Assembly: GCA_051362555.1 (NCBI GenBank)
Contig: CM120641.1
Span: 4,836,001 to 4,900,000 of the forward strand
DNA length: 64,000 nt
Direction: 5' to 3'
Source of the DNA: Lingula anatina
Taxonomy: Eukaryota > Animalia > Brachiopoda
Shown: piece by piece, positions 10,942 to 24,400 of the stretch
Position numbering within the stretch: the first letter of the stretch is position 1
Layout: each line of letters starts with the position of its first letter
The notes under the pieces: generated by a model
Seen by the model: the letters and a program-made list of their open reading frames with translations, nothing else
Databases searched by the model: none
What the model was told of the DNA's origin: nothing
Translations under genes and position numbers: made by a program

Positions 10942-11738
10942 GTAACGTTCATCTTTGGGATGCTTAGAATGGTACGGCATAGCTATATATAGTTTTTCGG
11001 GTGCACATGCTACACAAGGTGTACACATGCTAGCTCTTAACCATAACATTAAAGGTATAAATACAACAGAGCATAGAGAGGTAAACTGCATAAATAAAAT
11101 CGTTATAATAATAGCATTTTCATTAAAACGCTTATTTATAGCGAATTAATAAATCACGATTCTTTTTTGTGCGCACACAGTCTCGATAGCCCTACAAACA
11201 AAGACCTGCCGTCATCAGAATCCGGTACACAGAGCGCGTTGTTCCTGTAATGAAGTCTGACCAGTGAGGACATGTTTTGGATGTAAAATGTACAGTCCGT
11301 ATCCCACAGGTACAATTCGTTCACGGAAGTCAACATCGTTAAATTGAGATATTGGTTAGACAATGGATTATATGTCAGATCGAGATATTGTAAATGTTTA
11401 TGAAATGGAAAATCTATCTGCCTCGTATATTCTTTTCTACTGCCATTTCCTGAAATATCCTGTAGTATTTTATTGATTGAATTTTTTCTAAACTAATCAA
11501 AATTTTAAAAGTCGCCATTCTTATCTAAAAGATCTTACTCTTCTTCTCTTAAGTGATTGTTTGATCTATGGCCTTTTGCAAGGTCAGTTTTCTAAAACAA
11601 TCACTAGATTTTTCTGTTTGCCTGGCAAGTAACAAGTGACATCAAAACAATCTTACAAAGTTACCTTCAAAAACTGGTATTAACACAAGTGACGGGCACT
11701 TCATCTCTACCGATACAAACAATATCATCTGATCACTT
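10942..11738 (-). pseudogene. Deleted duplicate (relic) of the TLR locus
   Basis: Three fused blocks: 10942-11179 matches 4064-4282 (3' flank); 11177-11428 matches 5564-5815 (LRR-coding, 5 substitutions); 11426-11738 matches 7756-8007 (upstream flank). No start codon, TM or TIR. Confidence 0.95.
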
Positions 11739-12296
11739 TGCGATAACAGAGAAGAAAGCTTTCAGGCGAGGGGAGAGGTTAGGTTAATCTGTGTTGTATG
11801 TTGAAATAACATGCGCTTATTCGCTGTCCCTCTTTTCATTCAATTCCACAAGTATTTTTACTCTATTTCTCCGTGCTGACCTGCCCTGAGTGTCAGAGTC
11901 ACTGTGAATCGGGCTTCAACCTGGTATTGCTGATATGGGTTATATATGAAATCAAGATCGAGCTGGCAATACCGGAATCTAGAACCAAGGGTATACTGAC
12001 CATGCCTTTACTTGCTTCCCTTCCATTGTCTTTGCGTGATTACAAGGAATTTACCATTCTCATGTTGCAAACCACCATTCAATATTTCCTTGTTAGGTAA
12101 TTTCTAAGAGACTTGTTTTCAATATAAAATATTAAAGATATTATAAAAGTTATTCATGCTTGGACCATATCCTTAGTTTGCATGTGTTTTACACGTGTCA
12201 GAAACTTGCAAATCTATTGAGAAATTAACCAATCAAATCGAACTATATGTGACTTTGTTCATGAGCTAATAATGATACATTTTATTGAGACAGATG

Positions 12297-12371
<75 letters not shown>
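12297..12371. repeat. (TA)n microsatellite
   Basis: Read directly. Confidence 0.97.
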
Positions 12372-12375
<4 letters not shown>

Positions 12376-13384
12376 CGGTATTTCCAACCGTGATTTGCTC
12401 GAGTGGTGAAGCTATATTGGAGGTATGGACTGGTCGAATGTTGCTAGTGTGTTAGGTGTGGGTGTGTCATGTGAGACCGACGCAATCAATTAACGGCTTG
12501 CGGTCAACATAAAATGCTTTTCCTAATAAGCATAAAATGAGGAAACATGACATTTGTTAGCTCTGTTGTATTATAGTTCACACGAACTTGCTCTTTATTT
12601 ATCTATTTATTAGTATAATGATAGTTCTATAATAATTTAGCTTGATAATACGATGCATATTATGGTTTTTATCAATAAAGTTCTTCCTTGCAGAACGTAA
12701 AGCCATGTAAGACTACTTCTTATAATTGTTGGCCCAATCTCCTCATCTCTAGGCCTGTTTCCTTCCCTTAGACACAACGTGTATATATATATATTTGTAT
12801 TTTTCAACGCTGCGTTAGATGTTCCCTTGGACATTGATATCACAACCAAAGCATTACCATTGCAGTTCATTTCGATGTTGAATTTCTCCTTACTCCTCAA
12901 TGCTCTTGAAGGAGAGGGTTGATGCGAGATATCTAAACCACAGCCCATTTCTCACTCTACCTCGGGGTGTTTCTCAACGTAAAAGCGATTCCAACTTACT
13001 GCGTTTTTATCCCCATCAGTATGCATTAGTGAATGTAATATCGATACCCAGGTGCGTAAACAGCGTTATTGCGTGAGCAGTATGTACATTTAATCCAACA
13101 TTTTCTAATCTGATCAGATTTCATTCTCAGAATTTAAAATGTGACATAAGCAAAATTTCTAAACAGCATCATTCTTCTTAATAAAATAATTTACTTAGTT
13201 TTTTGTACCTATGCCCTGGGGCGTTTGGAGTAAGAAAAACAAACGGACACAATAAGCTGGTAAAAAGACAATTAAATTAAATTGTTTGCTTCGGTTTTCA
13301 TGAACACGTCTTGATATTGCATAAAATAAGGAGTAAAAGTCATTTGCTATGAATAAATGAAAGCGATTGTTTATCTTCACATTT

Positions 13385-13560
13385 TGTTAATGCGGGTTTT
13401 CCGTTCCCCTCCCCGTAAAAATCGGTGCACGAAGGTATACGGGCACTTGCTCTCATGGCGGCTATTCAAACAGGGTCGTAAGTAAAGCTCGCCTTTGTTG
13501 GTTTGTTTGTTTTCCTATCGTTGCAACGTTTGAAAGCAAATTGCCGTAAACGCTACCAGT
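13385..13560 (+). promoter_or_regulatory. Putative promoter/first-exon region of the large plus-strand gene
   Basis: CpG-rich patch containing ATGGCG and a consensus donor GTAAGT; CpG becomes scarce from ~14 kb onward. Confidence 0.5.
13455..13477 (+). CDS. Predicted first coding exon (MAAIQTG-, phase 2) of an unidentified multi-exon gene
   Basis: ctcATGGCG start and donor TC|gtaagt at 13478; in frame with the exons at 30218, 38199 and 61594. Confidence 0.55.
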
Positions 13561-13915
13561 TCATTTACAGTCTATTTTCTGGTTGACTTAATGATGGGAC
13601 ATTTAAATGTAATATGGTTGAATACCGGTTGAATGCCAGTAACTTATGACAGCAATATCCAGGCCTCACAACAGATTTGGTACCGTGTTCTTTGCTGGGG
13701 AAGATATATATTGAGATTCATACGTACTACAAGTAGCCCTTCAAGTTTAGTGCTGCGTCTGGTGGCATTAGCAGCTTATTAACTACAGAAGAAGAGGTTA
13801 CCGGATAGTGATACCGTAGTGACGACCTACAGCAACGCATGTGCTGAACAGATAAAGCCACAAGTGAGTATGGCATGTAGACACATATCACATTATCTGG
13901 GCTTTCCCTTTTCAG

Positions 13916-16900
13916 GGTCATGATAAAGAAACTGACACCATCAGCAACGTGGGTAAGTCAGTACTTCATCCAGTTAAAGACAATTTAGTGCTGGCGTCCT
14001 GGTGACTTCTTATGACTATGACAGCTACTGTAGTAGTAGTAGTAGTACTCTGTACCTAATGTGTATGGTGGAGTAGGCTCTTTACACCAGCAATTTTTCA
14101 TGTTCTTTTGTTTTTAATTAATGAGTGTTATCCTAAATTATTTACATGATATTGATTTTGCTGTTGGTAGTTACCTGATGAATAAATAAAGCTGTCAGTC
14201 TCCTTCAAACTGTCAGTAAATTTTATTGAAAGTTAACACATTAACTCTAACTCCCACATAAAATCAAAATCTATAACATTATTAAAATACTTAAATGGAC
14301 ACCTATGTATGTCCTGGAAGAAAATAACATAAATTGACTTAATGAAAATAAATGTTTGAAAACCTTTGAAAGCTAATTTGGTTACAGTGTCCAAAATACA
14401 TCAACAACTCTAAAAGAAAATGTGCCAGAAAGCATTGCTCACTGGTAAAATTATATACACTAAGATAGGAGTTCAACCCCCACCACTCATAATTGAAATA
14501 TTATGAAATATTGTTCTGTGGACCTCAAAAAATATTTTTGACCTCTTTGGAAAGATAAGCAAGTTGGAAGAACAGATTTTTTTCTTGAAAAGAGAAGGGG
14601 GTCTTTGCTACATGGCATCATTTAGTCTACCTTTGCAGTTTCTTTGTTATCAAGTTGAGATCCTAACAGTGCACTGATTCTCTTAGTTTGTCTATGAATG
14701 GCAGGTAAAGGGGTAACTGTAGAAGTAGCAAGAATCTCATTATGAACATATAATAATTCTGTGTGAAGGATGACAGAGAATAAGAAAGCATAATGCAAGT
14801 CATAATTGGGCAGTGGTTTGTAATTAAGACCCAAATTTCAGGAGGAAAACCTTTGTATTTTACAACCATTATTAGTTCTTTATTAAAATACAATTTGATC
14901 ATGTTGGTGGTTGTCTTTCCATAAGAGTCGGTATCTGTTTTTTATTCTCATCAAATTAAAACATACGAAGAGCTATAGTGCATGTCAACTTCAAAATTTG
15001 ATTTTTTGTGTTAATTAAATTCTATGTGATAAATAAATGGCCATTAACATAATCCTGATGATAATTGAGCTAAAAGAGATATCAAAAGTGCCCACATGAT
15101 TATTGTAATAAATATGTACCAGTATATAAAACATACCTATATCTAAATTATTGATTTTTTTTCTGTATTCTAAGCTGCATATTTGCTTAATAATTTAGCT
15201 GATTATCTTTGGTCACCCTATTATAGTGAGTGCATTTGAAGTGCTTCTGCATATAATATAGACCCGTACCAACATTTCTCAGGCACACATGGTAAATGAT
15301 AGACAAGCATTCCAAACTGTATAGGCAGAAGCTAATATAAATTTTGTGATACCTGTATGTTCAGCCTAGCAATTTTGCCTAGCAGTAAGTTTTTCCCGTA
15401 TAGAACAAACTACATTTATCAGTAAGTAAGTCGATGAGCAAACCTTCAATTTGTCGGTTGATGCTTTTGTTGGCTTATCATCTCTGATTAGCTTGTGAAA
15501 GTAGACGTCGCGTGTTCAGCCCTGCAGTCACCGTTATTGTTTGTCCAGATCACATGCTTCCCTTTGAGGCATGGTATGGCAGGAGATCTTGGTATGTAAT
15601 CCATTCATGATATTTCACTAATCTACATGCTTGCATTTCATATCAAAAATCCTATAGAATGCCTCAACAACTCAGTACTGGTATAAGGGATTAGGGATGG
15701 GTTGCTGAAACAGGGAGTAATACAATGGAGTGCTAAGGGGTGCTTTTTTTATAGTGAAATGAACATCTAGGCTGTGTGATTTAAAAAAATGTCATTCTAC
15801 AGTTTTTTAAAATAAATGAGAATCCTATTGTCGATAGAAAGGCATGAATATAGTTAATCAGCAGTTAAAAATTCACATCCTTGAATAAGAAGTGGTTGTT
15901 TTTTTGCCTATAGCATTTTACTCTTTTGGTTGGATATGAAAGCAGGAGAGCATGACAATAAGATGTAGACGCTGCTGTTCATTTAAAAGAAACTGATCCT
16001 TACCATATCCCGAATGAAAGGAAATGGTGATATGAGATCATGCTATTTTCTGTGATTTTGCTCATGGCAATGTGTTAGATTGCTTTAAGTGCTCCTAGCT
16101 TTAACATCAACATTAATCAATAACTTTAACTCATGACATTTGTAATTTTCATTATGTAACATAAACAAGCTTTGAAAGAAAAAATTTGAAGGAATTTATA
16201 AAAAGTTCTGGTTTGAATGATAATTAAAAATCAAAAATTATTGTAATGAGGGTTTATAGATAGGCTTTTTATAGTAAGGAACATGACCAGCAGCTTATCC
16301 AGTCTTTCAACCCCAGAAAACACATGTAGGCAACCCTTTCACTCTTGCACTCACATATCTATGTACTGGTAAATGTGCAAAGAACTATTGATTCAACATT
16401 TTCAGAGTTCTCAAATAACCCTTTATTTATTTATTTATTTATTTATTATTTATTCCAGTTTTTTATAATCACGTAGAGTTATATAACTATACTTTATCTA
16501 TCCACATTTGAAAAACCACCCAAGTAAAAATTTCATATTGCCTGGAAATTTTTTCAAAACTGCTTATCTTTCCTTATTCAGATCTTAAAAAGACCCCTCA
16601 AATAAAAGCACTTACTGTTGCTATTTCCTTCTGAAATGTACAAGAAACATGGTGGTCTTAGTGCTGGCCACACATTTAGAACTAGATCATTTAATGGCAA
16701 ATGGTATAAAACATTAAATCCAAATGCAGGGACAGGTTATAACCAGTGATTTGTAAGTTGGAGAAAGTTGCTTTTTTCTTGGAAAATTCAATTTGACAGG
16801 AAATTCCTGGACGGGATACTTCTAAGATGAAAATAATGACTTTGTGATGTTGACATTTTATTAGAATGGATCGGAAATTATTTGTGTGTAGTCTTTGATA

Positions 16901-19023
16901 TTAAGTGTTTTGAGAAGATATGTGTGTGGTTTGACTTAAGAGCAAATAAAGAGTTTATTTTTGTTGTATATTTAGTATGGTATATCAAATATTAAGAATA
17001 TGCATCCTTGAAAATAATTCTCATGTTTACACTGGAGCAAATTCTATATTGCATTTTCTTGTCCTCTCCCTAATATTCATTGAGCATTTTGGTACATGTG
17101 ACCTAAATTTTAAATATTGGAAGAGCAGAGTTTACATATTTTTGCCAAAAGCAAACTTTGGCTGATTGAAATGTCAAATAAGTAGACCAGTCAAGGATTA
17201 GGTGACCTAACAGGTAGCGTTTAAAGCTGCATGCTAAATGGCATGATGTGGTATTGTAGCACGTATTGCATGCTTTTTTCAACTTTATTTCTACAGCATC
17301 TTTATATAATTTAAACACTGACATGTTTTTTATTAAATGAAGTTTATAGATCTTTAAAAAAAAAAAAAAACTTTTATCCTGAATGGAGTGAAAGGGAACT
17401 TCTGAAATACAGTATCAAGCATGCCACTGCATGCCCCTCTCCACCCCCACCTTATTTATTAATCTTACAGAAATTATACTGGATATGTATAATAAATCTG
17501 TACTAACAGTCTGCTGTCTAATGCAGTCAATAAATATAGCCAGATTATTTACATGTCCAAGTAAGTCATGCCATAGTTATTGAAGCTTGGCCTAGACAGA
17601 AATGCATTGGAAATCACCATGACCTTGGGGAGGGCCCAAACTAATTACATTAGGATTTTTAGTGAAGTTGACTTTCTCTAATTAAATTGTCCAAGCCTTT
17701 GATGGGGACATTAATTTCACTCTCTCCTCACTTTTAAGTCACCCAGATTCAGCTGGTGGTTACTTCACACATTTGACCCTGTGCAATGAAATGAATAATG
17801 CATTTTTATTGATCAGAACACCATTCTTTGATGGTGGATCAATGCTTTTTACAATTATAGGGAATAACTATCCCATTTGATTGGATGCTAATGACTGTTA
17901 GGCACACCTCATGGTGAAATCCATGATGAGATGTTGTAAATATTCCTGGGCCCAGTTCCAGCCCAGTGACACTGAGAACTGCCATTTAATTAAAAATACC
18001 AACATGGAGAAATAGAGGGACTGCCTGAGCTGCTTGTGTTGGAAGTATTATGGAAACAACAGCTGTTAGTTTATTTAGAGGTGGCACTTTACTGAAGACT
18101 AGCCGCTGATTGAGGTGGACACACGCTTGACCTGAAGGGGATTATTGTTATAGAGAAAGGAACGAGAGAACTCAAGATTATCAGGGATGGAGAGTAAAAG
18201 AAATTCAACCAAGGTTTCTACGTGAAAGATGGGTTGACTTTTAAGGCTATGGTTTGTAAGTTTAAGATTTATGTAGAGCTTGCTTGTATTACCTGTTTAT
18301 TAATGTTTTTCTTCAGGGCAAGGCTGTGCACATGTCCGCTTTTAGATCTATTAGATAAAGATGATTTATTTTTCAAGTTGTGATCAACTTATTGTCACTG
18401 TAACAAATTTATGTTGTTTTTTTCAGTTTATCTGACAACAAACAGTGAAGATAGAAGTGGATTGCATACTGGTAACTGTAACACTGGAGTACTTTTTTAA
18501 AAACTTAATTAATTTGCCCTAATTACAACTTAGTAGTTTGGGTTTAAACTTTTGCACTTCTAATAAGTACTCTCAGTGAAAGGATTTGGCATTCCTATGG
18601 AGTCTAGACGTAACTTTTAATTCATTTTTGGTATTTTGAATTAAGGTCCATAGGTTACTGTTAATGTGAAGATCTGAGAATTGCTGATGTGTAACTTCTG
18701 CTATATAAAGATGGGAGGTGTACCTTGCACTCTTTAATTAGATTTATTAGCTGTGAGAAATTTCCAGTAAATGGATTTAACAAAGGAAAAATGAGAGCTA
18801 CTTGGAGAGAAAGGAGCTTTATGTGGAGACCACATTTTTATGAATGATTCCAAGATTCCTTGCGGTTGTATTTAAGCTTTCCATTTTTGTGCTTGGCTTG
18901 TTTTAATTTTCTGCACATATTCCAGTTTCAGGTCCACCCCTAGGGAGAGGTCCTGGTTCATTCAGGAAGTGTCAATGTGAAAAAGAAGTTGACTGCATGA
19001 TGTTTCTACAGCTTGGGAACAAG
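13916..19023 (+). other. Four candidate small internal exons: 13916-13952, 15549-15591, 18427-18471, 18932-19023 (coding or 5'UTR)
   Basis: Each has a pyrimidine tract + CAG acceptor and a GT donor (gtaagt, gtatgt, gtaact, gtaagt). They join without a stop from exon 13455, but the peptide resembles nothing I recognise. Confidence 0.35.
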
Positions 19024-20789
19024 GTAAGTGATATGATAAAGATGTGGAGTGTTAAGTACTCCTTGTCAGATTTGATAACACTACTTCTTTATTGATGTGG
19101 GTGACAGTGGGGAAACAAGTTGCCAGTCTGTGACATTTAACTGTTCAGCCTGCAGCTCCTTTTTTTTCCAAATTGACTTGGGAGTTTTTTCTGTGTTGTG
19201 AAAATACAGATGGAAAAAAAGAGAAAAGAACTAGATGTTTATATTTAACTGTTGATTGCAGCTGTATAATGTGACATTTTGCAATGTTGCCAACACCAGG
19301 CACAAATTAAACTCAATATTAGTAAATTACAGTAATTAATGACAAAAGAATAGTAGACACTAAGATCTACAATATAGAATTATAAACATTAGATTGAACA
19401 TTACTTAAAAAAAACATAGCAAGAGTTTGAAATACAAATTCAGTAACATTTTGATTCTTTACTCTCCCCTGCAGCGTCAGTAATCACATTGACAGTATAA
19501 AAAACTTACTGTTAATGGAAAACAAGTTCATAGTTCTAGGTTTTCAGTTCTTTGAGGTTTACAATTTAAAAAAGTTGGTAGGATATAATGGGGTATAGTT
19601 TTCAGGTGGAGAGAAAGAGGTTTAGGCCATGTCCCCTGTTCCTTATGTCACAAAGTAGATGTACTTATAGCAAGGTATTGAAGTACATGGCTTATAAACT
19701 GGACAACAATAGTAGTATTTTTCCAGCAACAATATTGATCAGGTCCTCTACCTTGCAGTCTCGACATAATGTTCTTTTGTGACATGTAGAGGAAATGTAG
19801 TTAATTAGTGTCAAAATAATTGGTCTTTTCTTTCTGAAGAACTATACCTCTTTACCTGTTAACTTGCCTTCTTATCCCAAATTCCATTGTTCCTCAACAG
19901 TGTAACTCCACATTATGACTTGAAGGGTTTTGTTTTCAGGCAGACTTGAAATTTTATGTCTTATGGTAGCTTAAGTGATAATGGGACAGACAAATTAAAA
20001 ATACATTATTCAGAAAAGTAATTAAAAATCAGAGCTTGCTTTTCATCTGAATGAGTAAAGCTCCCAGGCATTATTTATTATTGTGCAATCTGATTCCCTA
20101 ATGAGAGTTTTTATGTACATTAGTGGTTTGTTTTCTTGTATTTTACTTAATGAGACCAACCAGTCAGGACACGCTGAAAATATACAAATTGAATAATATT
20201 TTATATTAACCAGGTAAGTTTGGTTCAAATGGTAGGTGCAGTTCACAACAACAAGATAGAAAAAGTCATTTTATTGAGGTCATATTTTTAAGCACTTTGT
20301 AGGTATATAGTTGTTTTTTGCCTATCTTTATTGACGTTACGAACATTGAGTCACAGCGACAGTTCTTCCAGCTATAAGTACATAGTAATTAATTAAAAGA
20401 GATATGAATGTTACATTATAAAATTTATAAACACATTTTTTTTTTTTTTGCTTATACAATTTAATGAAAAAAGAAGTCATTTGTGTAAAATAAGGGTAAT
20501 TTTTGTGATTGATTTGTTTTATTTAATTCTAAGATGCCATAAATAGAACACATTTTGAAAAACATTGAAATTTGAGATAAGAGCACTTTCTGATGTAAAT
20601 AGACAGTAGTAAATTTCTTATGGACCTGTCATAAAGCAAATATTGATCTGGAAAATGCGTGTGCATGCTTTGTTTTTAATAAGTGGAATCCATTTGAATC
20701 CATTTGAAGGGAGTAATTTGCCCAAATAAATGTTGATTTGTCCTATCCTTTTAATCTTCATATTGTGATGCTAATAAGGAATCAATGCA

Positions 20790-21050
20790 AGTGAAATACT
20801 CTAGACAAAATGATGACAAAATCCAAGCAGAATCAGAGAACAAATTTTTGGCTTTGGAAAAAAGGTGCATGAAGTTTGAAATACAGAAGATCTGAGGATA
20901 TGCGTTGAAGCAGAGGCTCAGGATTTTAGGATGAAATGGCAAATGGAGGCAGAAATGCAATGTCAACAGATGCAGATGTGGATGATGAGGATGCAGATGG
21001 TGAGAGATTCCTAGTCATGCTGGCACACCTCTCTCAACCACAATAATTAA
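20790..21050 (+). pseudogene. Degenerate fragment resembling the C-terminus of Harbinger-associated Myb/SANT-like proteins
   Basis: Broken translation ...QAESENKFLALEKRCMKFE... / ...QDFRMKWQMEAEMQCQQMQMWMMRMQM; ends ~200 bp before a Harbinger-like MITE. Recognised from memory of the family pattern only. Confidence 0.3.
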
Positions 21051-21244
21051 TAAACACTGCCAGTACTGCAGGGTAACCATTGATACCAGCAGGTCCCCAG
21101 TCTGAAGGCCCCAGATCTTCTACCCCTGGTAGTGTAGTCTGCAATCAGGAAGGAGCTAGTCCCTAGTGAACTCATTTGAATTACTTTACTCTTGGACTGC
21201 TTTGGTATTAAGTGTGCCAACAGCTTAGTTCTAGAGTAGACCAA

Positions 21245-21460
21245 GACCCCATTCCCAGAGATTAGATCGATCTACTTTAGATCGACCTAACTCCCTTGGG
21301 GTTCACGCTAAATAGCTGTCAGCTGAGCGGGCACGAAACTTAATTACCCCCTTACAGCTTGTAGTAGGTGGGATGGACATTTAAGCCGGATTATCTGACA
21401 GTAATCTAGTGAGACTCCCCTCGGGGATAGATCGATCTAAAAGCTGTCGGAATATGCCCC
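21245..21460. mobile_element. PIF/Harbinger-like MITE, family copy 1
   Basis: Imperfect terminal/subterminal inverted repeats (CATTCC...AGATCGATCTA / TAGATCGATCTA...GGAAT); internal similarity to 37730-37982 (taattacccc...cagctt..gtagg). Confidence 0.65.
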
Positions 21461-24400
21461 TAGACTAGCATTTCTTGAATCAAAATTATGAATTGTTCAA
21501 GGTTTGAATAAAATTTATATGGGCAGAAAATGATCAAAAATTTTAGCCTTAATGAATTATCTTTATTATACTCTTAATGTATATCAGTAATAGTGGTAAA
21601 AAATTAGATAAATTAACTTTTTTCAAAGATATGTGTCACCCATACTCGAAAGAAATCAATGTGGTGGTATTATTCTTGACTCACTTCCCCTTGTATTGGC
21701 AGCAGTTTATTTGAACCTAATGGTTAGTAAACATTTGCATTGGGTTAAATGAATATTTCTCACTTTGTCTTGCTTCTTATTATGGCACACCTGAGACTGT
21801 TATTTTGTGCTTCCTGTGTTTGTTTCTTTAAATGGTATTGTAGGTTTATGACCCCATTCAGTGGTATGTGCCCTCACCTTTGTCAGCCGCCATTCCCCTC
21901 CCTCCCCCCCACCCCCCATCTCGGCCTCTGCCCACACAGTCCGAATCCAGAATAATTTTAGTATAAATGGCTAAATCTCTGTCAAAAGTTCACCAGTGAA
22001 ATGATTTATAAAGCCTGTTTCAGTCTATTTTAGGAAAGATGATATGTGGAAAGTAATAATTATGTGGGAACAGCCTTTACATGTATATGGTATCCACACT
22101 GTCTGTTCCACCTAAGTTTAGTGTACAAACACTCAGTATTGTAACCGTCTCCTATTTACCTACCAAATCCATGTGTTGTGCTAGCTGTATTGATAGCTTT
22201 GTTTGGTGGTGGTATTTTGATAGTGTGGTGTATTCAGCCCATCAATATTTTATCAATTTCCCTGTGTGGCATGTCATATGAAAATATGTTGGGTCAATTT
22301 GTCACACTTTAGGCTTGAGGTGGTTTACTTTTCTGGTCCTAATGACATTGGGTCAGCCCACAGTCAGACTAGCAGCTACTCCTTATACTGAGACAAGTTA
22401 TTATCTTAATACATTTTTTTCCTGAAAAAAAAATGGCGAATTTTGGCAAAGAAATTCAGGGATAATGATTGGTTTGTTTTGACTACTAATCACAACAGTC
22501 AACATTTAGCTGGATATCTGTCTGTAAAGGAGGCCTGGGAGATTGTTTCTTTTAATACATTTATCTGCATTGTTTTGTGCTCCATGCCATGATTGTTTTG
22601 CTTCATTTGATACCTCGTAGCTCTGTAATGTCCAAGTATCTGCTACATGATATAATAGAAGGATTAAGTTAGATAGTTAATGTTTTGATAAGTATCTTGT
22701 TTGGCAGACCTTAACTACTTTGTAGACTGAATATATACACACAAGTATATATATATAGAGACAGATCAAGTCTTTCCCAAGGAAATTATCTTGACTTAGA
22801 TGTCATTAGTTGGAGAAAGGTGCTGTTTGTGTTGAGAATTGCATGAATGTATACCTCTAGTTTTCCCTTTGCTGTCATTGAAAAAGTACGGTATATTCAG
22901 TGCATGGATTTGTTGAAAATCAAAGAAAAAGGATAAGTAGGCCCTTAAATATGCCATTATACTAAGAAAAGCCTGGGAGATTGAAAAAAAAAGTTGGAGA
23001 TGGCCTTCTTGAAGTTCTGTGATGATTATAGATTGATAATTCTTTAAAATGTTGAATAACTAGCTGTCAAGGCAAGAAGGAAATAGTTAGTCTAGTCTCC
23101 TGAGTAGTGTCCAGCTGGTTAGTCTCTGTATCCAGGTCAGTATTACCATAATACAGTAATAGAATATAATATCTACGTAATTACGAAGGTGACATTTGCA
23201 TCATTATTGTAAAAATTAGAGTCAGTTTTTATCAGCATATTTTGTAGAAATGGACGAGCTTATGTGTGGAGGTGATTGTGTTGAGATGTGTTGCTAGGAC
23301 AACAACTGCATCTGCGGGAGGATTTCAACTGCAATTTAACACATGTAATGCGGCTAGTATTTGAGGTATATTTACCATGTGGCTGCCTGTTTAACTTGTA
23401 TTGCCTTGATGTTTCTTTGCATGTTTTGTTAAAAAAATATTTTGGTCTGTTTTATTCATTAATCAAATTTATAAATATAATGTTTGTGGGTTCTTATGTT
23501 GAAAACCAGTTCCCTACTCCTTTAAATGTTTCTTTTGGGTTTTTCCAAGTTTTCATGTAAGTTTTTTTCCTTTTTGCAAAAATAAGATTAAATCAGATTG
23601 GCTGTTGTGCAGAGCTAGGTGCACTTGTTCTGGCTGCAGTGTTATATTTTATGAAGTATAAAAAGAATGTGTATCACAAATAGCTGTAGGGAAAGTATAA
23701 GAACAGAAGTTTACTCACTCATTTCCAGTCCCAAACCACATAAAAAGCACTTCCTTGGGACATTAAGTATTTATATTGGTGAAAGAGTGAAGGTGATAAA
23801 AGTGGTAATAAAGAATCAAGATTTTTTTCATCTCCTATCGTACAGTAAGTATATGACAGCAAGTGCATGGCCAGGCATTCAGGTCTGAGAACCAGCATCC
23901 CTTCTACACTGATGAGACTTTTCCGACTTTTGTCGGAATTCCAACTTTTTATTTGGGCCATTCTTGTGAATCGTGTACCCTGGACCCCCGGTCAATTTTC
24001 CTACTTTTTCAGTGAGGACTGGTCTCATCCCTGCTTCTAGTAAGGCATTGTGGGTGTTGTTTCTTGGAATTGTTGCTATTTTCTGTCTGTATTTATTATA
24101 CCAATTTTCAGACTTGTTGGTTCATTGGATTTTTTTCATGCAATTAATAGAAATTTTAATTGGCATAGAACTTGTACTTTTTTCCAGCCTTAGGGCAGTT
24201 CTTTTGAACCCCCTGAACTCCCCCCCCCCCCTTACAGGCCTGACATGCTTTTGCCTTACTAACTATACTAAATGCCTTTAATTCTACATCACATACACAA
24301 TGTTTATATAGTTGGAGGTTCTGTTGAGCTTTCAATTCATGCATGCTGTCTACAAGTTGTAGGACTCATTGTGTTACAGTAGTTACTTAATTATATGAAA

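Noticed and set aside
11154-11363. 69-aa ORF as a secreted LRR decoy protein
   Set aside because: It begins at a TTG codon, has no signal peptide, and the promoter-proximal region is deleted. Treated as a pseudogene fragment.
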